Part shown: positions 8,637 to 17,702 of the stretch, piece after piece | How the letters are laid out: each line of letters starts with the position of its first letter | How positions within the stretch are numbered: position 1 is the stretch's first letter | NCBI GenBank assembly: GCA_023380305.1 | Contig: JAMCQZ010000005.1 | Span: forward strand, 14,902-78,901 | Direction: 5' to 3' | DNA from: Patescibacteria group bacterium | Lineage (GTDB): Bacteria > Patescibacteriota > Minisyncoccia > UBA6257 > Colwellbacteraceae | DNA: 64,000 bases | Translations under genes and position numbers: made by a program | Notes under the pieces: generated by a model | Database searches by the model: none | Seen by the model: the letters and a program-made list of their open reading frames with translations, nothing else | Told to the model about the DNA's origin: nothing

Positions 8637-11609
8637 CTAAGACATCATCTGCCTTAAAGCGCAATAAGGGCAATCCTTGTCCTCGCATTTTCTATCCCAA
8701 AAGTCGAGGTTGAGGATTTCGTCGGCAGTCCGGAGCACGAGTCCTTTGAGATTTTCCGTATCCTCGTCGCCAATCGTAAATCTCTCCCGGCGGTAAACTC
8801 CCTTCTGGTCCGGCTCGACAAAATCGACGTCGGCGTATTCCAGGCGGTATTTGGCGCTTTTAAAATTGTCTAAAAGTAGCTTATAAAAGACGAGTTGGCG
8901 CTTGATGTCTCCCCGCGAATCTTTGGTCGTCCCCTCGATCTGCCCCCGCGTTTTCGGACGGCCGGTCTTGAAATCAACGACGCCCACTCCGGCGCCGGAA
9001 CCGATCATGTCCATCCGGTCTATCTTGCCGTTGATTTTCACGTCTTTCGCGAGCTCGATGCCTTTAATATTGAACTCCAAAAGAGAGTTTCTCGGCCAGG
9101 TTCCCGCATACTTGTCGTAATATCCTTCCAGTGATTTTCTACCTTTCTCCAGACTCGCCTCGAAATCCTTTTCGCTCAAGGGTTCTTTTTTCAGATGATA
9201 GACAAATCTGTCGATAAAGAAATCCTTGTCCGCCGGATTCTCGCGCATGGCGCTGAAAAAATCCCGAAGCGCTCCGTGAACGGCTGTTCCGTACATCTGG
9301 TGTTTGGTTTTTGCTTTGGGAATTCGGAAAAGATTGGTGTAAAAATATTCCCAAGGACAGGCTAAATAGTTGTTCAAAGCCGTTACCGAAAGACCGTTCC
9401 TCAAAAAAAGCTCCCGGATAAAATCCTTGTCTTTGACACTTATTTTCGGCCAAGAAGATTTTTCGAAGATCAGCTCGCGATGGCTATCAAAATGGTTTTC
9501 AAATTCCTTGACGTCGAGTTTGTCGACAAGCGCCGGATCGATTTCAGTAACGAACTGCGACGGCAGCTGTTCGCGGCCGTCGGCGCCGGTCTTCGAATAT
9601 GAAATCATCGCCTCTTTCTTGGCCCGAGTAAGCGCCACGTAGAAAAGCCGGCGTTCGTCATCCAAGCTGTCCGCGGCGCCGAGGTCGCGGCTCAAAAGCG
9701 AGAATATCCTCGGCGGTAATGGTAGATAATTCGGCTTGCGCTTGTTTCCCCAATGGCCGTCGCGGGCGTCGATAATATAGACGCAGTCGAACTCCTGTCC
9801 TTTGGATTTATGGGCGGTCATTAGTCTTACGCCCTTGGCGAGCCTGGCCATGTTCCCTTTTTTTAGGAGCACGTTGTGTTCAGCGAGCATCTCAAGGTAT
9901 TCCAAAAAATCCCGGAGTCTGGCCGATTTATGCTTTTCCAAAAACTCCTTCATCTCCCGGAAAAGTCCGGAAACCTTGTCCATCTCTTCGATGACGTTGT
10001 CTCCCTGAAGCACAGCCGAAAGAAAACCCGATTCCCTGGCGACGGTTTCAAAAAGCTCGGTTAAATACTTGTTCCGACTCAAGGTAAACCAGCGCGACAT
10101 TTTTCCGAAAAAATCAAGGACGATTTCCGGAGAGACAAGACCGATCGACTCAAGCGCTTCCGCGTCGCGGCTCAAATCGAAAACCGATATCTTGTTCCGG
10201 TTCGCGTGTTCGATCAATTTGTAAACGTCGATGGGCGGAATCCGCAAAAAATCGATGTGCATCGCCTCGATGAATTTTTCCTGATCGCCGAACCGGTCGA
10301 CGGCCTGGAGCAGCAGAACGATCTTCCGGATATCGAGATCGGATAAAATGTCCTGGTCGGATTCGATGATATAGGGAACGCCGGCCTTGTCCAAGGCCTC
10401 GGCTACCGGAAAGGCATCCTTGTTTTCCCTGTAGAGCACGGCGATTTCGTTCGGCGCGGCGCCGGCATCCATCTTCTTCTTTATTTCTTCGGCCACGAAC
10501 CGGTTTTCTGTCTCGGGTTTTATGAATTCGCAAAGGCTTATTTTCTTTTCCGGATGCCCGGCTTTCGCCTGGAGTTTCTTTTCCCCGGCGATCAAGCTTT
10601 CGGCGCTCGACAATATCGACTGGGTGGAACGATAGTTTTCTTCGAGCGTTACCAGCCTGGCCCCGGGATACAACGACTTGAAATATAAGAAATTTTCGAT
10701 GCTCGCGCCCTGGAAACGGAAAATCGCCTGCTTTTCGTCGCCGACTACAAAGATGTTTGGATTTTCATGAAAATTGCAAAGCAGTTCCAAAATCCTGTTC
10801 TGGCTGTTGTTGGTGTCCTGGTGTTCGTCGACCAAAACGTACTGGTATTCTTCCTGAAGCCGGAGCAACAAATCGCTATTTTTTTCGAGCGTCCGCAAAA
10901 CTTCCATAATCATATCGCTGTAATCGTAGAGCTTGTCTTTGCGCAACCGCTCCTCATATTTTCCGTAGAAAAGCACCAGATCCTTGTTCTTGCTTATCCG
11001 CCGCGACAAGTCCTGGTATTTTCCTTTCATTTTTCCCTTGTGCGGACCCTTCTCGTAAATCAAGTCGTCGATTTTTTCGAAATTCGCGGCTTCTTCGGCA
11101 ACGGCTTCCTCAAATTTTTCGACGGTTACCCCTTCGCGCTTCAGCTCATTCAAAGCGGCGATGATAGGTCGAAGATAATAGAAAACGTCGCCGAACGGCT
11201 TCAGCTCTCGAAGCGGCAGGCTATCGATGAGCTCTTCGACGATCTTGATCTGGTCGACTTCGTTGATGTTTTTCGAACCGATAATCATCGAAAACTCCTC
11301 CGGATAATCTTTGATGATGTCGTTGCAGAATCCGTGAAAGGTTTTGATATAGACCCCGTAAGCCGGGCTGCCGACAAACTCGATTAGGCGTTTACGCATC
11401 GAGGCCACACCCGCTTCGGTGAAAGTGAGAGCCAGGACGTTCTCCGGTTCGGTGTCGGTCCGGCGCAAAATGTTGGCTATTCTCAAGGTTAAAATCTGGG
11501 TCTTTCCCGTGCCAGGGCCAGCTATTACCATTACCGGACCCTCAATCGCGTCTACGGCCTGTTTTTGGGCCAAATTAAGGCATTTATAAGCGGTTTCGAA
11601 GCTCGTCAT
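8637..11609 (-). CDS. UvrD/PcrA-family helicase fused to a C-terminal Cas4/AddB-like PD-(D/E)XK nuclease domain
   Basis: N-terminal helicase motif I (AGPGTGKT) and helicase motifs follow. The C-terminal ~250 aa carry a Cys cluster (C-x-W near NYLACPWEY, and CEDKDCPYC at the C-terminus) typical of Fe-S RecB-family nucleases. Confidence 0.8.
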   Translation of the reverse strand: MTSFETAYKCLNLAQKQAVDAIEGPVMVIAGPGTGKTQILTLRIANILRRTDTEPENVLALTFTEAGVASMRKRLIEFVGSPAYGVYIKTFHGFCNDIIKDYPEEFSMIIGSKNINEVDQIKIVEELIDSLPLRELKPFGDVFYYLRPIIAALNELKREGVTVEKFEEAVAEEAANFEKIDDLIYEKGPHKGKMKGKYQDLSRRISKNKDLVLFYGKYEERLRKDKLYDYSDMIMEVLRTLEKNSDLLLRLQEEYQYVLVDEHQDTNNSQNRILELLCNFHENPNIFVVGDEKQAIFRFQGASIENFLYFKSLYPGARLVTLEENYRSTQSILSSAESLIAGEKKLQAKAGHPEKKISLCEFIKPETENRFVAEEIKKKMDAGAAPNEIAVLYRENKDAFPVAEALDKAGVPYIIESDQDILSDLDIRKIVLLLQAVDRFGDQEKFIEAMHIDFLRIPPIDVYKLIEHANRNKISVFDLSRDAEALESIGLVSPEIVLDFFGKMSRWFTLSRNKYLTELFETVARESGFLSAVLQGDNVIEEMDKVSGLFREMKEFLEKHKSARLRDFLEYLEMLAEHNVLLKKGNMARLAKGVRLMTAHKSKGQEFDCVYIIDARDGHWGNKRKPNYLPLPPRIFSLLSRDLGAADSLDDERRLFYVALTRAKKEAMISYSKTGADGREQLPSQFVTEIDPALVDKLDVKEFENHFDSHRELIFEKSSWPKISVKDKDFIRELFLRNGLSVTALNNYLACPWEYFYTNLFRIPKAKTKHQMYGTAVHGALRDFFSAMRENPADKDFFIDRFVYHLKKEPLSEKDFEASLEKGRKSLEGYYDKYAGTWPRNSLLEFNIKGIELAKDVKINGKIDRMDMIGSGAGVGVVDFKTGRPKTRGQIEGTTKDSRGDIKRQLVFYKLLLDNFKSAKYRLEYADVDFVEPDQKGVYRRERFTIGDEDTENLKGLVLRTADEILNLDFWDRKCEDKDCPYCALRQMMS

Positions 11610-11667
11610 TGTCTTAAATATAACCCAAAAAAGCGGCTTCCGGAAGCCGCTTTTCGGAGGTCTTCGA

Positions 11668-13497
11668 TTAGCCCTGGTCGAGCTTCTGCTTTTCCTCCCT
11701 TTCCGCCTTGCGGCGATCGTTTTCAGTCAGATATTTTTTCCTGATCCTCACGCTTTTCGGAGTGATCTCCACGAGCTCATCGTCATGAATATAATCCAGG
11801 GCGTCTTCCAGGGTGAGCTTCAAGGGAACCTCGAGCTGATCCTGCAACCCCTCGTTCTTGGCGCGGAAATTAGTGAGTTCCCTCTGCCGGCAGACGTTCA
11901 CCAGTTCGTCCCGGGATTTGGCGTTTTCGCCGATAACCATGCCTTCATAGACCTCGACCCCCGCTCCCATGAAAAGTTTTCCCCTTCCCTGGGCGCTCAC
12001 CAAACCGTAATTGTTGGTGGTGCCGGTTTCGGTCGTGATGATCGAACCGTGGGGATTTTCCGGAAGATCCCCTTTATAAGGTTCGTAACCGGAAAAAAGG
12101 GTGTTCATGATACCCAACCCCTTGGTGTTCGTCATAAATTCGTTCCTGACGCCGATGAGGCCCCTTGTCGGGATTTCAAAATCCATTTTGGTCGTATGGT
12201 TATCGACACCCATGTCTTTCATCTTTCCGAGACGCTTTCCCATCATCTCGATGACCACTCCTGCAAATTCCTCAGGGACCTCGACTGAGACAAGCTCGAT
12301 CGGTTCGGTAAGTCCGGCTTCGCTTTCTTTAAAAATAACCTGGGGTTTGGAAACTTCGAGCTCGTATCCCTCGCGCCGCATTTTTTCGATAAGAATGGCA
12401 AGGTGCAGTTCGCCCCGACCGGAAACGATCCAACGATCGGTTTTATCCGTGTCCTCCACCTTCAAAGCGACATCTGTTTCAAGCTCCTTCGTCAGCCTTT
12501 CCTTGATATTTCGCGAAGTGGTGTACTCCCCTTCCAGGCCAGCAAAGGGCGAAGTATTCACTCCAAAAGTCATCTTGATAGTCGGCTCGTCGATATGGAT
12601 GACGGCTAGAGCTTTCGGATTTTCCAGGGCGGCGATGGTCTCGCCGATCGAGATTTCCGGAATGCCGGAAACGGCGACGATCTCTCCAGCGTCGGCTTCG
12701 GGAACGTCGATCCGGTTAAGGCCGTCAAAAAGCATAACATTCCCAATCTGGGCTTTTTTGATTTCGCCTCGGCGGTTGATATGGCTGACCCACATGCCTT
12801 TTTTCAAGACGCCGGAATAAAGCCGGCCGACAGCGATGCGGCCGCGATAATTGTCGTATTGAAGGTTGACCGTAAGCATCTGGAGCGGCTCGTTTTTTTC
12901 CGCCTTGGGAGCAGGGATGTATTCCATAATCGCCTCGAAGAGAGGTTCGACGTTTTTCATGACGCTCAAATCCGGCTCGGTCCCGGCTTTGCCAGCGACC
13001 GCCGAAGCGTAAATCACGGGGAAATCGATCTGTTCGTCGGTCGCTCCGAGCTCGATGAAAAGATCGTAGGTGGCATTCAGCGCCCAATTTGACCTCGCGT
13101 CCGGCTTGTCTATCTTATTGATGACGACGATGATCTTGTGTCCAGCCTCGATCGCCTTCCGCAAAACGAACTTGGTTTGCGGCATCGGACCCTCTTTGGC
13201 GTCGATCAATAAAATGGCGCCATCGACCATCCTCATGATGCGTTCCACCTCCCCGCCGAAATCGGCGTGTCCGGGAGTATCCACGATGTTGATCTTCGCC
13301 TCTTTGTACCTGATCGAGGCGTTTTTGGAAAAAATGGTGATGCCCCTTTCCCGCTCGAGTTCGTTCGAATCCATGATGAGATCCGTCGGGTTGTCGGTTT
13401 TAATCTTGAAGTTTTCGGATTGCTTTAATAAGGCATCGACCAAAGTGGTCTTGCCGTGATCAACGTGAGCAATAATGGCGATGTTTCTTAAATCCAT
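11668..13497 (-). CDS. typA: Translational GTPase TypA/BipA
   Basis: 609 aa with AHVDHGKTTL, DTPGHADF and NKIDK motifs, and similarity to BipA along the whole length. Confidence 0.9.
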   Translation of the reverse strand: MDLRNIAIIAHVDHGKTTLVDALLKQSENFKIKTDNPTDLIMDSNELERERGITIFSKNASIRYKEAKINIVDTPGHADFGGEVERIMRMVDGAILLIDAKEGPMPQTKFVLRKAIEAGHKIIVVINKIDKPDARSNWALNATYDLFIELGATDEQIDFPVIYASAVAGKAGTEPDLSVMKNVEPLFEAIMEYIPAPKAEKNEPLQMLTVNLQYDNYRGRIAVGRLYSGVLKKGMWVSHINRRGEIKKAQIGNVMLFDGLNRIDVPEADAGEIVAVSGIPEISIGETIAALENPKALAVIHIDEPTIKMTFGVNTSPFAGLEGEYTTSRNIKERLTKELETDVALKVEDTDKTDRWIVSGRGELHLAILIEKMRREGYELEVSKPQVIFKESEAGLTEPIELVSVEVPEEFAGVVIEMMGKRLGKMKDMGVDNHTTKMDFEIPTRGLIGVRNEFMTNTKGLGIMNTLFSGYEPYKGDLPENPHGSIITTETGTTNNYGLVSAQGRGKLFMGAGVEVYEGMVIGENAKSRDELVNVCRQRELTNFRAKNEGLQDQLEVPLKLTLEDALDYIHDDELVEITPKSVRIRKKYLTENDRRKAEREEKQKLDQG

Positions 13498-13508
13498 GGT
13501 TCAAAATA

Positions 13509-13546
13509 ATAAAAAAGGCCTCTTTTGGTCGATCAGTGGCCTTTTT
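13509..13546 (-). promoter_or_regulatory. Leader hairpin plus U-tract between the predicted promoter and the typA start; possible attenuator
   Basis: On the minus strand, AAAAAGGCC, a 17-nt loop, then GGCCTTTTTTATTATTTTGAACC-ATG. Confidence 0.3.
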
Positions 13547-13557
13547 GACGCTTTTAA

Positions 13558-13586
13558 ATAATACAATATTTTTGACGAAATTGCAA
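13558..13586 (-). promoter_or_regulatory. Sigma-70-like promoter for typA
   Basis: Minus strand: TTGCAA, a 17-nt spacer, then TATTAT, about 55 nt upstream of the typA ATG. Confidence 0.45.
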
Positions 13587-13610
13587 GCCGGAAGCGGATA
13601 TGGCCGCTAA

Positions 13611-13640
13611 AAAATCGCCCCCTCACAAGGCGATTTTCTA
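13611..13640. terminator. Rho-independent terminator after ftsX
   Basis: AAAATCGCC, loop CCCTCACAA, GGCGATTTT; T-tracts lie on both strands. Confidence 0.6.
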
Positions 13641-13715
13641 GTTTTTTATTACTCCGCTCATTATAACAGATCTCTCGCGTTGAGAAAACCCGTACAGCGG
13701 TATTTATCCACAGGC

Positions 13716-14624
13716 CTAAACCTCAAGATATTTTCGGATGACGATGACGCTCGAGATGACGCCGATGCCGACTCCAAAAAGAAGGTTGTATCCCAGGAGT
13801 TTAAAGAACGATCCCATAAAGAATCCCCAAAGGCTCATCCCCGGGATGAAGACGGCCACATAGGGCGAAGCCGCGTAGATGAAAGGCGCCGACAAGATCA
13901 TGGCGAGAAGGACGGCGATGATCCCGTAGATGACGCCGACGATAATGTACGGTCCCCTGATAAAAGCGTTCGAAGCGCCGACCAGACGCATGATGCCGAT
14001 TTCCTCCTTATTGGAATAAATGGCAAGCAGAATAGTGTTGAAAGAAATGATGATGGCGACAATGGCAAAAGCCAGGGTGAGCACCGCGGCCGTCCGGCGA
14101 CCGAGGCTCAAAATCTTGGCGAGCCGGTCGATAACCACTTGGTTTTGGCTGTAACTCACTTCTTGGATAACGCTTTTCGAAGAGTCGTTCTCAAGGAAGG
14201 AAGCGATAAGCGAATATTGGTTCGGATTTTTAGCTTTGATGTTCAAGGAAGCGCGCAAAGGATTTTCTTCAAGTTCGCCGATCGCCTGGGAAATAGTCGG
14301 ATCGTCGGCGTGCCGCTCTTTGAAAAGCTCCAGGGCCTCGTCTTTGGAGATATAATCCACCGACTTTACCTCGGATAACGTAAGCAGGGCCTCTTTCAGT
14401 TTCAATATCTCATCTTCCGGAGCGTTCGAAACGAAATAAACGCTGATGTCTATCTTGTCCTGGACGGCGTTGATGGCCTGCTTGCCGATCTCGCCGAAAA
14501 TAACCATCCCCTGGAAGACGACAACCGCGAGAAGGAGCACGAGGATGGTGGCGAAAGAAACCAGGTTGTTCCTCCAGAAATTTTGAAAGCCGTATTTTAT
14601 GATGCGAGCAAGAGTGGTGAACAT
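13716..14624 (-). CDS. ftsX: Cell-division ABC permease FtsX
   Basis: It has four transmembrane helices with a large periplasmic loop and lies directly downstream of ftsE. Confidence 0.8.
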   Translation of the reverse strand: MFTTLARIIKYGFQNFWRNNLVSFATILVLLLAVVVFQGMVIFGEIGKQAINAVQDKIDISVYFVSNAPEDEILKLKEALLTLSEVKSVDYISKDEALELFKERHADDPTISQAIGELEENPLRASLNIKAKNPNQYSLIASFLENDSSKSVIQEVSYSQNQVVIDRLAKILSLGRRTAAVLTLAFAIVAIIISFNTILLAIYSNKEEIGIMRLVGASNAFIRGPYIIVGVIYGIIAVLLAMILSAPFIYAASPYVAVFIPGMSLWGFFMGSFFKLLGYNLLFGVGIGVISSVIVIRKYLEV

Positions 14625-14640
14625 TTGAAATATTCTGAAA

Positions 14641-15321
14641 TTAAGTAAGGATGTATTTCCCTTTGTCTTCGTCGCGGATGATCATACCGTCGTCCAGGCT
14701 GATCACCCGACGCTCGAGCTGGTTGACGATGTCTTTGTTATGGGTGGCGAGAAGCACCGTGGTGCCGAGCTCGTTTATTTTAAGAAGAAGGTTGATGATG
14801 CCCCAGGTGTTTACCGGATCAAGGTTGCCGGTCGGTTCGTCGGCGATGATGACATCCGGCTGGTTAACCATCGCCCGAGCGATGGCCACCCTTTGGCGCT
14901 CGCCGCCGGAAAGCTCGTGAACGTAGTTGCTCATCTTCTTGCCGAGGCCGACAAGCTCGAGGGCTTGGGGCGCAGCTTCCTCGATATCCTCTTCGGACCG
15001 GCCGGCCACTTCCATGGCAAAAACCACGTTCTCGTACGCGGTTTTTCTCGGCAACAATTTGAAATCCTGGAAAATAATGCCCATATGCCGCCTCACCGCA
15101 GGCAGCTCCTGGCTTTGAAGCTTGTTGATTTCGTAGGGCCCGAAAACGATCCTGCCCTTGTCCGGTTTGTCTTCGCCAATCAAAAGCCTGACCAAAGTCG
15201 ATTTGCCGGCTCCGGAACGACCAACCAAAGAGACGAATTCTTTCGGCTCTATCTTGAAACTGACATCTCTCAAGACCTCATGGTGATTGTAGGTCTTTGA
15301 AACATTGCTGAAGGTAATCAC
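14641..15321 (-). CDS. ftsE: Cell-division ABC ATPase FtsE
   Basis: Motifs GRSGAGKST, LSGGERQR and IIADEPTGNLD, with a length of about 226 aa. Confidence 0.85.
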   Translation of the reverse strand: MITFSNVSKTYNHHEVLRDVSFKIEPKEFVSLVGRSGAGKSTLVRLLIGEDKPDKGRIVFGPYEINKLQSQELPAVRRHMGIIFQDFKLLPRKTAYENVVFAMEVAGRSEEDIEEAAPQALELVGLGKKMSNYVHELSGGERQRVAIARAMVNQPDVIIADEPTGNLDPVNTWGIINLLLKINELGTTVLLATHNKDIVNQLERRVISLDDGMIIRDEDKGKYILT

Positions 15322-15326
15322 TTTTT

Positions 15327-16046
15327 TTAGCTTTGACTTAATTTTAACTCGGCTTCGATAAACGTATCAAGATCGCCCTCGAGCACTTCGTCCGCCCGTC
15401 TTGACTCCGCCTTCGTCCTGTGATCCTTGACCAATTTGTACGGATGAAGAGTATAGGACCGGATTTGTCTGCTCCACTCGGGGACAACCTTGACCCGCAA
15501 GTTGTCGAGAGTGGTTTCCCGACGATCTTCCATTAATTTGGCCAATTTAGATTTTAAAAGAATCAAAGCCCGTTCTTTGTTTTGAACCTGGGAGCGCTCG
15601 GCTTGAGAAACGGCCACGAGTCCGGTCGGCAGATGGACCAACCGCACGGCGGTCTCCACTTTGTTGACGTTCTGACCGCCGGGACCGGAAGAACGGAAAA
15701 ACTCCGTCTTTAAATCGCTTTCCGGAATTCTTATTTTGTCCGCTTCGAATTTTTTAAGCTCAGGTAAGACTTCGACGAGCGCGAAAGAAGTGTGCCTCAA
15801 TTTTTTGGCGTCGTAGGGAGAAATGCGCACCAGCCGGTGCACTCCGGACTCGTTTTTCAACGTGTTGTAAGCTCCCGATCCCTCGATCTCGATGACGTTG
15901 TCGTGCAGCTCCCTCGACTTCCAGCCGCGTCTTTTGACGTAGCCTTCATACATCTTGATGAGCATCCGCGCCCAATCCTTGGCGTCGTCTCCTCCGACTC
16001 CAGGAAGAGCGGAAATGGTGATTGTCTGGTTTGGTAATGAATCCAT
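15327..16046 (-). CDS. prfB: RF2-type peptide chain release factor lacking domain 1 (domains 2-4 only)
   Basis: The 239-aa protein aligns to RF2 from about residue 126 onward. The SPF tripeptide-anticodon motif appears as SPY within GVHRLVRISPYDAKKLRHTSFALVEV. GGQ is at SGPGGQNVNKVETAVRL and the C-terminal SWSRQIRSY-like domain 4 is present. The tRNA-Thr gene lies 26 nt upstream, which leaves no room for a domain-1 exon or frameshift segment. Confidence 0.75.
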   Translation of the reverse strand: MDSLPNQTITISALPGVGGDDAKDWARMLIKMYEGYVKRRGWKSRELHDNVIEIEGSGAYNTLKNESGVHRLVRISPYDAKKLRHTSFALVEVLPELKKFEADKIRIPESDLKTEFFRSSGPGGQNVNKVETAVRLVHLPTGLVAVSQAERSQVQNKERALILLKSKLAKLMEDRRETTLDNLRVKVVPEWSRQIRSYTLHPYKLVKDHRTKAESRRADEVLEGDLDTFIEAELKLSQS

Positions 16047-16071
16047 GATAAAACGGTTATTCTGCCCTCTG

Positions 16072-16143
16072 AGCCGAAGGTGAGATTTGAACTCACGACC
16101 TTTGCTTTACGAAAGCACTGCTCTACCACTGAGCTACTCCGGC
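16072..16143 (-). tRNA. tRNA-Thr(CGU)
   Basis: A hand-folded cloverleaf: acceptor GCCGGAG/CTTCGGC, D-arm GCTC-AGTGGTA-GAGC, anticodon loop TTCGTAA (U33, anticodon CGU, A37), T-arm GTGAG-TTCAAAT-CTCAC, and discriminator U. Confidence 0.8.
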
Positions 16144-16219
16144 TCGGAAGGAGGAATAACGGATAAAATCGCTTTAATTAATTCCAATATAGAGTAATAT
16201 AAATGTATTATAGCATCAA

Positions 16220-16924
16220 ATGCCAGACATCCTCGAAGTCAAGAATTTGTCCGTCGCTTTCGGACAGATAAAGATTCTCTCTCATCTGAGCTTTTCCGTC
16301 AAAGAAGCGAGTACGCTCGCGGTCATCGGCCCGAACGGCGCCGGTAAAACCCTTCTTTTTCGAGCCCTGATTGGCGCTGAAAGGCATTCCGGCGAGGTGG
16401 TCTGGAAACCGGGTATCAAAATCGGCTACATCCCCCAGAAACTCGATCTCGAGAGGGATCTTCCGGTAACGGCCCTCGAGCTTTTAATGGCCAAGGCGGC
16501 CATTGTGAAGCTCGGCGCGAAACACGTCGACGAATCCCTGAAACTTGTCGATCTTCCGATAAAGGACGCCCGGCAGCCGATCGGCAATCTCTCCGGCGGC
16601 CAATTCCAACGGGCGCTCATCGCTTTCGCGCTCATCGGCGAACCCGAAGTCCTGCTCTTCGACGAACCGACTGCCGGTGTTGACGCGCCCGGCCAGGAGA
16701 AAATCTACGAGCTTACGAACCGCCTTAAAAAAGAAAAACACCTGACGGTCATCATTATTTCCCACGATTTGAGCCTAGTTTACGAATACGCCGACGAAGT
16801 GCTTTGCCTGAATCGCGAGAAGATTTGTTTTGGTAAACCCCAAGAGGTCTTGGAACCCCAAGCCCTGGAAAAACTCTACGGTTCGCCGCACAAGTATTAT
16901 ATCCATAATGACCATCGAAACTAG
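16220..16924 (+). CDS. Metal (Zn/Mn) ABC transporter ATP-binding protein, ZnuC/TroB-like
   Basis: Motifs GPNGAGKT, LSGGQFQR and LLFDEP. The ~234-aa size is typical of cluster-9 ABC ATPases. Confidence 0.75.
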   Translation: MPDILEVKNLSVAFGQIKILSHLSFSVKEASTLAVIGPNGAGKTLLFRALIGAERHSGEVVWKPGIKIGYIPQKLDLERDLPVTALELLMAKAAIVKLGAKHVDESLKLVDLPIKDARQPIGNLSGGQFQRALIAFALIGEPEVLLFDEPTAGVDAPGQEKIYELTNRLKKEKHLTVIIISHDLSLVYEYADEVLCLNREKICFGKPQEVLEPQALEKLYGSPHKYYIHNDHRN

Positions 16925-17675
16925 CTATCTTTTGCTTTCCGTTTTTATCGCCGCCGCCGCCGGCTTGGTCGGCTGCTTCGCGCTTATGAAAAAAATGACC
17001 TTGGCTTCGGACGCCTTCAGCCACATCGCCCTGCCTGGACTCGGCATCGCCATTCTTTTGAAAATAAATCCGCTTATCGGCGGCGCCGCCGCTCTGATGA
17101 TCGGCGGATTGCTTGTCTGGCTCATCGAAAATCGCACTAGGATTTCCTCCGAAGCGGTCATCGGCGTCATTTTCTCGGCGAGCCTCGCCGTCGGCAGCTT
17201 AATCACCCCGAGGGAAGATTTGATCGAAGCGCTCTTCGGCGGACTTCAAGCGATCAACCCGCTCGAGTTTGTCATTGCCGCCCTCATCAGCTTGGCGATC
17301 ATCGCTTTTATTCTCAAAAACAAGGAAAGGCTGGTCGTCTCCCTGATTTCCCGAGACCTGGCCGCCACCTCGGGCATCAGCACCGAAAGACTGAACTTCT
17401 ATTTTCTCCTTTTTTTCAGCCTGACCATCATCCTCGGCCTTCGATATTCGGGTGTGCTCCTTATGGGATCGCTCATCATCGTTCCGGCGGCGGCAGCCAA
17501 ATACCTGAGCCGCAGCTTGAAGGGCATGCTCGCCACCTCCACTGTTATCTCCGTCGTTTCCACCATCTCCGGACTTTTGCTCGCCTCCAAATTCAATCTG
17601 ACGGCCGGACCGATCATCGTCATCATCGCCGCTGCCGCCTTTTTCGCCGGATTGGTTTTAAAACCAAAAGACTGA
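16908..17675 (+). CDS. Metal ABC transporter permease (ABC-3 family, ZnuB-like)
   Basis: Polytopic membrane protein with 7-9 transmembrane helices. Its start overlaps the stop of the ATPase gene. Confidence 0.7.
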   Translation: MTIETSYLLLSVFIAAAAGLVGCFALMKKMTLASDAFSHIALPGLGIAILLKINPLIGGAAALMIGGLLVWLIENRTRISSEAVIGVIFSASLAVGSLITPREDLIEALFGGLQAINPLEFVIAALISLAIIAFILKNKERLVVSLISRDLAATSGISTERLNFYFLLFFSLTIILGLRYSGVLLMGSLIIVPAAAAKYLSRSLKGMLATSTVISVVSTISGLLLASKFNLTAGPIIVIIAAAAFFAGLVLKPKD

Positions 17676-17702
17676 CGGATCCGCCAGACAGCCGGTGGTT
17701 TT

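Noticed and set aside
15327-16071. Programmed +1 frameshift site (CUU UGA C) that would supply an RF2 N-terminus
   Set aside because: No upstream short ORF or shifty motif exists. The tRNA gene occupies the position where domain 1 coding sequence would have to be.
15857-16129. 90-aa minus ORF upstream of prfB
   Set aside because: It runs through the tRNA-Thr gene and has no protein similarity. It cannot supply the missing RF2 domain 1.
16060-16160. Integrated mobile element at the tRNA-Thr 3' end
   Set aside because: There is no integrase, no repeat of the tRNA 3' end, and only core genes (ftsEX, typA) follow. The idea is kept solely as one hypothesis for the prfB truncation.
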